DNA from: Chiloscyllium plagiosum
Taxonomy: Eukaryota
Length of the DNA stretch: 20,000 bases
Direction of reading: 5' to 3'
NCBI RefSeq assembly: GCF_004010195.1
Contig: NC_057718.1
Location: 69,624,771 to 69,644,770, forward strand
The notes beneath the pieces were generated by a model. It ran no database searches, had not been told where the DNA came from, and saw only the letters and a list, made by a program, of their open reading frames with translations. Shown here in pieces: positions 11,631 to 20,000 of the stretch. Numbering within the stretch: the stretch's first letter is position 1; every line of letters starts with the position of its first letter. The position numbers and the translations under genes were made by a program.

Positions 11631-11923
11631 TAGATTAGATTACATTACAGTGTGGAAACAGGCCCGACCACACCAACCCGCCAAAGCGCAACCCACCCAT
11701 ACCTCTACATTTACCCCTTACCTAACACTACGGGCAATTTAGCATGGTCAATTCACCTGACCTGCACATCTTTGGACTGTGGGAGGAAACCGGAGCACCC
11801 GGAGGAAACCCACGCAGACACAGGGAGAACGTGCAAACTCCACACAGTCAGTCGGTGGGAATTGAACCCGGGTCTCAGGCGCTGTGAGGCAGCAGTGCTA
11901 ACCACTGTGCCACCGTGCTGCCC
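11631..11923 (-). mobile_element. HE1-like SINE, intact head (TAATC-tail type)
   Basis: Minus strand GGGCAGCACGGTGGCACAGTGGTTAGC head and GGTTCAATTCC B box. Small deletion in the 3' stem-loop. Confidence 0.94.
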
Positions 11924-12787
11924 AGGTTCGAGTGCTTCCCAAGATCATTGTTAGAGAAATGTGATGGCACTGGAGGGGATGTGGAGATTTAACAGGATGT
12001 TGCCTCAGCTGAACAAGTATGAAGAGAGATTGGACAGTCTGAGGTTGTCTTCCTTAGAGAAGAATGAGAGGGCCTGATTGAGATGCACAAAATTATGAAG
12101 TGTATAGATAGGGTAGGCAGGAAGAAAAGTTTTCACTTGATGGAAAGGGATCAATGACCAGGGGCAAATATTTAAAGTAAGGTCGAAAAGGTTTAGAGGA
12201 GACACAAGGATAAGTTTTGTCACCAAGAGAGTGGTGGGAATCTGGAACTCACTGAACGTTAGAATTAGAAACTCATATAACAACATTTAAGAAGTATTTA
12301 TTCGTGCACATGCAATGCCAAGGTATACAAGACTATGGGCCAAGTACCAGAAAATGTGATTAGAATGGTTAGGGGTAGTGTTTGAAGCAGACATGATGGA
12401 TCTGTAGATCTGTAAGAGTTCGATGACTGTATGAGAAGAGGGTGAAGCTTAAGATGTAAAACAAGCCCTGTCTTGTAGGACATTGTCTCTGACACATCTA
12501 CACTCTCAACCAGCACAGATTCATTCACCTCAGTCAGTCCACTATCTATAGTAAGCTCAGGGATCAGTGTTTTGTGAGCACATCACTAATATGTATTCAC
12601 ACTTGGCAGATGAATCAACACCTGACATCTCTAGTACTCAAGAGGACAGCTGGAGTCCAGTCTTCTACTGAGCCCTATGCAGATGATATGCCTCATAACC
12701 CAACCAGGCAAGCGAACATCAGGCAGTGATGCTGGAGGCTCTTAATAGACTAGAGTGGTAGATTAAGAAAGTTCCATCAGTTGTAAC

Positions 12788-12870
12788 TTGTTAGGTGGCC
12801 ATTTTTGATTGGCACAGACACAATGATCCAAAGGGGCCTTTATGTTGTAGATCTCTACGAGTCTATGACT
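12788..12870 (+). mobile_element. Isolated CR1 3'-UTR/tail fragment
   Basis: GGCACAGACACAATG..CC.AAGGGGCC...TCTCTACGAGTCTATGACT resembles the tails of the other LINEs in the window. Confidence 0.6.
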
Positions 12871-13195
12871 ACTTTATTTTAGGCATATGTTGTCAACAGC
12901 GACAAAAGCTTTTACCTGTTTGACTTTATTCACATAACGTGTCAAGTTCACAATGTGAAAAGCCTGTTTGCTTTCTGTTCAAAGGTTTTTCATCTCTGAA
13001 TCATCACTCCCGTACATTTTGCTGTGAATGTGTTTCTGGCAGTGTCCAGTGTAAAGGTGTCCTTTGACAGCACTGCATTTGTGGAGTTCTTAGAATGCAG
13101 GAAAATTTTGTGGTGAGGGGAGCAGTCTCCACTTCTCTCACACCCTGCTTGCTGTGTTCCCTGGCTACTGTGTCAGTACTATTGGAGGTAAAATT

Positions 13196-13275
13196 ACCTG
13201 GTAATCCTCTTATTTTCAATATACTTATAAAAAGCCTTGGGGTTTTCAACTGCTTGTAGCTATTGTTTTCTGGCA
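13196..13275 (-). mobile_element. Small minus-strand CR1 ORF2 linker fragment
   Basis: Minus strand encodes ENPKAFYKYIENKRITR, compared with ENPKGFYKYIKDKRVTR at 19912-19962. Confidence 0.7.
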
Positions 13276-13425
13276 CTTATCGCCAATTAGTCATTTTGGA
13301 AAGCTTTAATAGGTGCTCTGAAAAATCAGTCTTAACCCTTGTCACAGCACCTACTGACAAACTATCAAATAATTCCTGTCTCTGTTGCCTGTAATATATC
13401 AATTGTTGATAATGAATTCTAAAAA

Positions 13426-13615
13426 TGATTTGGAGATGCCGGTGGTGGACTGGGGTGTACAAAGTTAAAAATCACACCATACCAGATTATAGTCCAACAG
13501 GTTTAATTGGAAACACTAGCTTTCGGAGCGCGACTCCTTCACCTGATGAAGGAGCGACACTCCGAAAGCTAGTGTGCTTCCAATTAAACCTGTTGGACTA
13601 TAACCTGGTGCTGTG
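13426..13615. mobile_element. Palindromic Penelope-like-element-derived insertion
   Basis: Imperfect ~77-bp inverted repeat (about 13465-13541 / 13547-13625). 13-bp flanking direct repeat TGAATTCTAAAAA (13413-13425, 13616-13628). Central hammerhead motif. Confidence 0.82.
13540..13574 (+). ncRNA. Minimal type I hammerhead ribozyme motif, complete core
   Basis: CAC-CUGAUGA-A-GGAG-CGACA-CUCC-GAAA-GCUA-GUG. Stem I CAC/GUG, stem II GGAG/CUCC, palindromic AGCU in place of stem III, CUA cleavage triplet. Confidence 0.78.
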
Positions 13616-13712
13616 TGAATTCTAAAAAGTTTTCTTTTACCCAAAGTTGAACTTCCAGATTTCCCATAGCTTAAAAGGGTCCTTTGGTCTTCTTGAGATA
13701 GCTGTGATGTTT

Positions 13713-13887
13713 TGACTCTTTTCAATTCGTTGGGCTGAATCTCACTTTTTTTCCCCTTTGTTTACAGACACCCTCCTTGGAAATTGATGCCATGTTCCTA
13801 ACCTCCCTACACTCCAGGTCCTGCACCCTGAAGCTACAATCTGACTCTTTTCAATTCGTTGGGCTGAATCTCACTTTTTTTCCCCTT
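13713..13887 (+). repeat. Perfect 46-bp direct repeat separated by 83 bp
   Basis: TGACTCTTTTCAATTCGTTGGGCTGAATCTCACTTTTTTTCCCCTT at 13713-13758 and 13842-13887. Confidence 0.97.
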
Positions 13888-13982
13888 AAGTGCAAGTTGT
13901 GTCAAGGTTTATTGGAGGAATTCACAGCACAAGGCCTAGTGAAATTTCCTGTTGTACTTTAACAAATGTGCCTCATTAACTA

Positions 13983-16434
13983 CAGGTAGTTCTTCTATAA
14001 CGTGTTTCATCAGCGCAAATTGGCTGTAATGCAATAGAAGAATTGTGGACATTATTTGCATAACGTGAACTTTCTGAACGGTTATAGCAGGTTTTCTACA
14101 GAACAATCATCGACAGCATGATTTCTACAGTGATCTCCCATTGGGCGAGGTAGCAGAGGAACACAATTGTCAGATCTCGCGGTGGGAGAGCACTTTGGTG
14201 ACAGTAATCACAACTGCCTCACATTTAGCATAGCCTTGGAAAGTGAAAGGAGCAATTACCGAGGGAAGATATTCAATTGGAGAAAAGGAAATTATGACGC
14301 TATCAGACAGGAGTTGGGAAGTATAGACTGGGAGCAATTGTTCCACAGAAAGGGCACAGCAGACATGTGGAGACTATTTCAGGAGCAGTTGTTGCGAGTG
14401 ATGCACAAATTTGTTCCTCTGAGACAGGTAAGAAGAGGAAAAATTAGGGAACCTTGGATGACAAGAATAGAGGAACTTCTCATCAAAAGGAAGAAGGCAG
14501 CATACGTAAGGTGGAGGAAGCAAGGATCTATTACAGCTTTAGAGGATTACAGGCTTGCTCGAAAGAAGCTCAGAAATGGACTGAGGAGAGCCAGGAGGGC
14601 GCACAAAAAAGGCTTGGCAAGAAGGATTAGAGAGAACCCAAAGGAATAAGAGAACGATCAGGGAGAAGGTAGGGCCGATCAGGGATAGCGGAGGGTACTT
14701 GTTGCATGGAGTTGAGCAGATAGGGGAAGCCCTAAATGAGTTTTTTGCTTCAGTTTTCACCAAGGAAAGGGAACTTGTTATAAATGAAAACTTAGAGGAG
14801 CTGGGATACAAGATTGATCAAGATGATGTGCTAGACATTTTGGAAAACATTAAGATTGATAAGTCCCCAGGACCAGACCAGATTTATCCTAGGATGCTCC
14901 GGAAAGCGAGAAAGGAGGTTGGTAAACTGCTGGCGAAGATCTTTGCCTCCTCACTCTCCATGGGAGTCGTACCGGAGGATTGGAAGGAGGCGAATGTTGT
15001 TCTTCTTTTCAAGAAGGGTAATAGGGAAATCCCTGGCAATTACAGACCAGTCAGTCTTACGTCTGTGGTCAGCAAAGTTTTGGAAAGAATTCTGAGGGAT
15101 AGGATTTATGACTATTTGGCAAAGCATAGTGCAATTAAAAGCAGTCAGCATGGCTTTGTGAGGGGCAGGTCATGCCTCACAAAATCTTACTGAGTTCTTT
15201 GAGTAGCTGTCAAGACAGGTCGATGAAAGTCGAGCAGTGGATGTGGTATATATGGAATTCAGCAAGGCATTTGATAGGGTTCCCATGGTACGCTCATTCA
15301 TAAAGTCAGGAAGTATGGGATACAGGGAGATCTGGCTATCTGGATTCAGAATTGGATGGTTGACAGAAGGCAGAGAGTGGTTGTAGATGGAAAGTATTCT
15401 GCCTGGAGGTCAGTGTTGAGTGGGGTCCCGCAGGGTTCTGTACTTGGGCCTCTCCTCTTTGTAGTTTTTATAAATGACTTGGATGAGGAGGTTGAGGGGT
15501 GGGCTAGTAAATTTGCAGATGACACAAAGGTTGGAGGAGTCGTCAATAGTAGAGAGGGCTACTGTAGGCTGCAGCGCAACATAGGCAGAATGCAGAGCTG
15601 GGCTGAGAAATGGCAGATGGAGTTCAACCTGGATAAATGCAAAGTGATACATTTTGGAAGGTCGAACTCGAATGCTGAATATAGGATTAAAGACAGGATT
15701 CTTGGCAGTGTGGATCCTTGGCAGTGTGTGGCAAGTACATAGATCCCTCAAAGTTGCCACCCAAGTGGATAGGGTTGTTTAGAAAGCATATGGTGTTTTG
15801 GCTTTCATCAACGGGGGATAGAGTTTAAGAGCCGTGAGGTTTTTCTGCAGCTCTACAAGTCCCTGGTAAGGCCACATTTGGAATATTGTGTCCAGTTCTG
15901 GTCACCCTACTATGGGAAAGATACATAGGCTTTGGAGAGGATGCAAAGAAGGTTTACCAGGATGGTGCCTGGACTGGAGAGGTTGCCTTATGAAGAAAGG
16001 TTGAATAGGCTCGGACTTTTCTCTCTGGAGAGAAGGAGGAAGACAGGAGACCTGATAGAGGTGTACAAAATAATAAGAGGAATAGATAGAGTCAATAGCC
16101 AGAGACTTTTCCCCAGGGCAGGATTGACTGGTACGAGAAGTCATGGTTTGAAGATATTGGAGGAAGGTATAAAGGAGACATCAAACGTAGGTTTTTTACA
16201 GAGAGTTGTGAATGCATGGAATGCGTTACCAGCGGTGGTGGTGGAAGCAGAGTCATTGGGGACATTCAAGCAACTGCTGGACATGCACATGGATAGCAGT
16301 GAGTTGAGGGGTGAGTAGGTTGTTACTATATTTTACATTAGGATTAAATCTCGGCACAACATCGTGGGCTGAAGGGCCTGTTCTGTGCTGTATGTTTCTA
16401 TGTTCTCATTGTTGAATTAGAGCAGAACGAGCTG
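13983..16434. mobile_element. Tigger/mariner-like MITE split by LINE copy D (pieces about 13983-14143 and 16407-16434)
   Basis: TA|CAGGTAGTTCTTCTATAACG on the left and AATTAGAGCAGAACGAGCTG|TA on the right (14/20 inverted match). Confidence 0.6.
14144..16406 (+). mobile_element. CR1/HER1-like LINE copy D, 5'-truncated, frameshifted
   Basis: EHFGDSNHN, DKSPGPD, NYRPVSLTS, QHGFVRGRSCLT, GVPQGSVLGP, intact FADD (15512-15523) and tail GGGCTGAAGGGCCTGTTCTGTGCTGTATGTTTCTATGTTC. Candidate TSD CATTG (14139-14143, 16407-16411). Confidence 0.95.
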
Positions 16435-16767
16435 TACTATAGCCCTTTGACTGTCTGCAAGCAGGTAAGGAGAGGTGTTTCAATCAACATGAGGGAATGC
16501 CACCACCTGTGGACGAGGGGTGTGGGTGGTTCATGCCCTCAGTACATGCTTTTGTATGCTGAGAAACACAGACATGTTCACAAGCGAAAGCGAGCCAAAG
16601 CAGCAGGTAGCTGCTCTGTCTTTCACACTGACTATATTGTCAACATCTAGCCTGTTCTGCTCATTTGGTAAGCTAGGAAATTAAATGCTAATGAGGTGAG
16701 TTGTAGCATTAATAAGGGTCTTAATTGGGAATTTACTGCTTACTAGTGAGAAACTCACTCTGCCACT

Positions 16768-17431
16768 AGTGGTGGGTAACATTCGTACAACAAAAATGAC
16801 AGGCTATGGTCATCACCAATAAGAAACAATCTAATCACCACCCCTGATGTTGAATGGTATTGCCATCACTGAACCCCCAATTACAACATCCTGGGGATTA
16901 CTATTGACCAGAAACTCAACTGGACTTATCACATAAACACAAAGGCCACAAGAGTCGGTCAGAGACTACGGGAGACTGTCTGCGTGAGTTTACGTTAGGT
17001 GCTCCAGTTTCCTTCCACAGTCCAAAGATGTGCAGGTTAGGTGGATTAGCAATGCCCATAGTATCCAGGGATGTGTGGGCTAGATGGATTAGTCTTGGGA
17101 AATGCAGTATACCCGGAGACAGTAAGGGCACTGGTGTGGGTGGGATGCTGTTCCGAGGAGCAATGTGGACTCAATAGGCCAAACAGACTGCTTCCATGCT
17201 GTAGGGATTCTATGAATACTGTGGCAAGCAACTCTCTGCCTGAGTCCCCAAAACCTGTCCATCATCAACAAGGTACAAGTAGGAGTGGGAGTCAACAGCA
17301 TATGGTCTGCAGGTGTTCAAGAAGGCAGCTCATCACCACCTTCTCAAGGGCAACCATGAATAGGCAATAATTATTGGCCAGCCAGATACCCACATCCTAC
17401 AAACCAATAAAAAACAAAACAAAATAAAAAA
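16768..17431 (+). mobile_element. 3' fragment of a distinct CR1/L2-group LINE with A-rich tail, internally deleted and SINE-interrupted
   Basis: NILGITIDQKLNWTYHIN (post-RT LG..D..L.W..HI motif), then LSPQNLSIINKVQV after the SINE, FKKAAHHHLL, and an AATAAA/A-rich end. Confidence 0.75.
16970..17214 (+). mobile_element. 5'-truncated, diverged HE1-like SINE
   Basis: Core GGTGCTCCAGTTTCCTTCCACAGTCCAAAGATGTGCAGGTTAGG and tail CTGTAGGGATTCTATG. No tRNA head. Confidence 0.85.
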
Positions 17432-17639
17432 GGCAAAAGCATAAAAGATACAGTGAGATGTTCCCAACTTTGAGATAGGTCTTGCTGGACTTATTTGATT
17501 CTGCTACAAATCACACCACAGCTCACACCGCTCAGACCCCTGTAAGATTCAACTCTCATTTCCAATGACTAACTTTCTTTTCACTGATTATCTGTTTCTG
17601 GAACAACTAAATCTAAAAAAGAAAGCATTTGAATCCTAT

Positions 17640-18440
17640 CAGATCAAATGGATCGGTTAGAACAACAGTTTATAAGCAATGAAAAATTTACAAGAGCAAG
17701 GGACGGCAATTGGTGGATGGCAATTATACGAAGAGAGAAAAGTCACAGATACAGTCACATAGATGGGTTAACTCCAGGAAAGGTAAGAGAGGTAGGCAGG
17801 TAGTGCAGGAATCTTCTGTGGCTATCCCTATTTCAAACAAGAATGCTGTTTTGGAAGATGTAGGGGGTGATGGATTCTCAGGGAATCTAGCATGAGCACC
17901 CAAACTTCTGGTATCAAGGTGGGATCGAATGCAAGGAAGGGTACAACAGGTGCCAAAAGATCAATTGTGTTAGGGGATGTTTCTGTGGCCAGCAGTGAAA
18001 AATCGGAATGGTGTGTTGCTTCCCTGTTGCCAGGATGAAGGATATCTCAAAGAAAGTGCAGAATGTTCACAAGGGGGAGAGGGCCCAGCAGAAGGTCATT
18101 GTACACGTTGGAACCAACGAAATAGGAAGGGAAAAGGATGAGATTCTGAAGGGAGAATATAGAGACTAAGGCAGGAATTTAAAAAGGAGGACCTTGAGAG
18201 TAGTAACATCTGAATTACTCCCAGTACTATGCGCTAGTGAGAGTAGGAATAGGAGGATAGAGCAGACGAATGCATGGCTGAGAAGCTGGTGTATGAGAGA
18301 AGGATTCACATTTTTAGATCATTGGAATCTCTTCTGGAGTAGAAGTGACCTGTACCAGAAGGGCAGATTGCACCTGAATTGGAAGGGGACCAATATGCTG
18401 GCAGGGAAATTTGCTAGAACTGCTTGGGAGGATTTAAACT
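17640..18440 (+). pseudogene. Disrupted LINE ORF1 with SGNH/GDSL esterase domain
   Basis: IPISNKNAVL, IVLGD (block I, truncated), VCCFPVAR (block II), VIVHVGTN (block III) and GRLHLNWKG (block V, DxxH degraded). Confidence 0.82.
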
Positions 18441-19045
18441 CAGGGAGACAGTGAGGAAAGAGATCAATCTGAAGACCAGTACAGTTGGGAAAGGGAGTCA
18501 GTCAAACAGTCAGGGCAGGCAGGGACAAAGCAGAGAACAAGGTAGGACTGAGAAATTAAACTACATTTATTTCATTGCAAGAGGGAAGGCAGATGAACTC
18601 AGGGCATGGTTGGGAACATGGGACCCAGATATCATAGCAATGACAGAAACTTGGCTCAGGGATGGGCAGGACTGGCAGCTAATGTTCCAGCATACAAATT
18701 GTATAGGAATAATAGAAAGGGGGTCAGGAGCTAAGGGGGAATGGCATTTTTGTTAAGGGATAGCATTACTGCTGAACTGAGGGTGGATGTTCCTGGGAAT
18801 ACATCCAGGGAAGTTATTTGGATGGAACTGAGAAAGAAGAAAGGGATGTTCACCTTATTGGGATTGTATTATAGACCCCCTAATAGTCAGTGGGAAATTA
18901 AGAAACAAATTTGTAAGGAGATTTCAGTTCTCTGCAAGAATAATAAGTTAGTTATGGTAGGGCATTTTAACTTTTCAAACATGGACTGGGACTGTCATTG
19001 TGTTAAGGGCTTAGATAGAGAGGAATTTAATAAGTGCGTACAAGA

Positions 19046-19354
19046 GTGGGCACAATGGTTAGCACTGCTGCCTCACAGCGCCAGAGACCCGGGTTCAATT
19101 CCCGCCTCAGGCGACTGACTGTGTGGAGTTTGCACATTCTCCCAGTGTCTGCGTGGGTTTCCTCCGGGTGCTCCGGTTTCCTCCCACAGTCCAAAAATGT
19201 GCAGGTCAGGTGAATTGGCCATGCTAAATTGCCAGTAGTGTTAGGTGAAAGGGTAAATGTAGGGGAATGGGTCTGGGTGGGTGCGCTTCGGCGGGTCGGT
19301 GTGGACTTGTTGGGCTGAAGGGCCTGTTTCCACAATGTAAGTAATCTAAAAAAA
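19046..19354 (+). mobile_element. HE1-like SINE inserted in LINE copy F
   Basis: TGGTTAGCACTGCTGCCTCACAGC head, GGTTCAATTCC B box, tail GGGCTGAAGGGCCTGTTTCC..TAATCT plus A-run. Candidate TSD AAGA (19042-19045, 19355-19358). Confidence 0.94.
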
Positions 19355-20000
19355 AAGAAAATTTTCTGATTCAATGTGTGGATGTACCTACTAGAGAAGG
19401 TGCAAAACTTGACCAACTCTTGGAAAATAGGCAGGGCAGGTGACTGAGGTGTCAGTGGGGGGAGAACTTTGGGGCCAGAAACCATAATTCCATTAGTTTT
19501 AAAGCTTTGATAGGAAAGGATAGACCGGATCTAAAATTTGAAGTTTTAAATTAGTGGAAGGCCAATTTTGATGGTATGTGACAAGAGCTTTCAAAAGTTG
19601 ATTAGGGGCAGATATTTGCAGATAAAAAGATGGCTGGAAAATGGGAAGCCTTCAAAATGAGGTAACAAGAGTCCAGAGACAGTGTGAATGGAAAAGTTAG
19701 GGTGAAAGGAAAAGTTGGTAGGTGTAGCGAATGCTGGATGACTAGAGAAATTGAGAGTTTGGTTAAGAAAAAGAAGGTAGCATATGAAAGGTATAGACAG
19801 GAGTGAGTGATTGAATCTTTGGAAGAGTATAAAGGCAGTAGGAGTATACTTAAGAGGGAAATCAGGAGGGCAAAAAGGGGACATGGGATATCTTTGGCAA
19901 ATAAAGTTAAGGAGAATCCAAAGGGTTTTTACAAATACATTAAGGACAAAAGGGTAACTAGGGAGAGAATAGGGCCCCTCAAAAATCAGCAAGGCAACCT

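Larger units (their letters stand above)
11060..12433 (+). mobile_element. Older CR1-clade LINE 3' fragment (copy E), interrupted by two SINEs
   Basis: RDLGV, KVVKKA, EVMLEL.KTL..PQLEY, YEERLDSLRL.SLE, FVTKRVVGIWNSL and a degenerate tail. Confidence 0.8.
17620..20000 (+). mobile_element. CR1/HER1-like LINE copy F, 5' part with ORF1 and ORF2 endonuclease/linker (continues beyond window)
   Basis: ORF1 esterase motifs, then ORF2 IIAMTETWL, GLYYRPPNS, MVGHFNF and ENPKGFYKY. 5' boundary approximate. Confidence 0.9.

Noticed and set aside
11850..11923. tRNA-like A/B-box sequences here and in the other SINE heads as tRNA genes
   Set aside because: They continue directly into the SINE core and LINE-derived tail.
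13198..13317. Apparent 120-bp minus-strand exon (TTTTTCAG acceptor, CAG|GTAATT donor)
   Set aside because: It has stops in all three frames and is largely a CR1 fragment (ENPKAFYKY).
13713..13887. Repeat-spacer-repeat as a CRISPR array
   Set aside because: Only two repeats, an 83-bp spacer, vertebrate context and no cas genes.
15701..15728. 12-bp duplication CTTGGCAGTGTG inside LINE D
   Set aside because: An ordinary local slippage or repair scar in a dead copy.
16437..16767. Unique-looking DNA with donor-like sites (CAGGTAAGG, GAGGTGAGT), a 67-aa ORF and a CTCF-like GTCCACAGGTGGTGGC
   Set aside because: No recognisable protein, no convincing acceptor-donor pair, and the CTCF match needs an indel.

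Overview
Eukaryotic, repeat-saturated DNA, almost certainly from an elasmobranch (shark/ray), inferred from HE1-type SINEs and HER1/CR1-type LINEs. I found no intact host gene, and essentially all ORFs in the track are transposon debris. Contents: the 3' part of a pogo/Tigger DNA transposon with its right TIR and TA; six large CR1-clade LINE copies plus small fragments, several nested and one retaining an SGNH-esterase ORF1; one further CR1/L2-group LINE; five HE1-like tRNA-derived SINEs; a decayed minus-strand Gypsy LTR retrotransposon; a Tigger-like MITE split by a LINE; and a 165-N gap. The most interesting signal is three short non-coding insertions of differing sequence (1824-1990, 7719-7820, 13426-13615). 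They resemble Penelope-like-element termini and carry minimal type I hammerhead ribozyme motifs (one complete, one with a stem II mismatch, one lacking the CUGANGA box), and two form long hairpins. Family assignments rest on motif recognition, not database searches.
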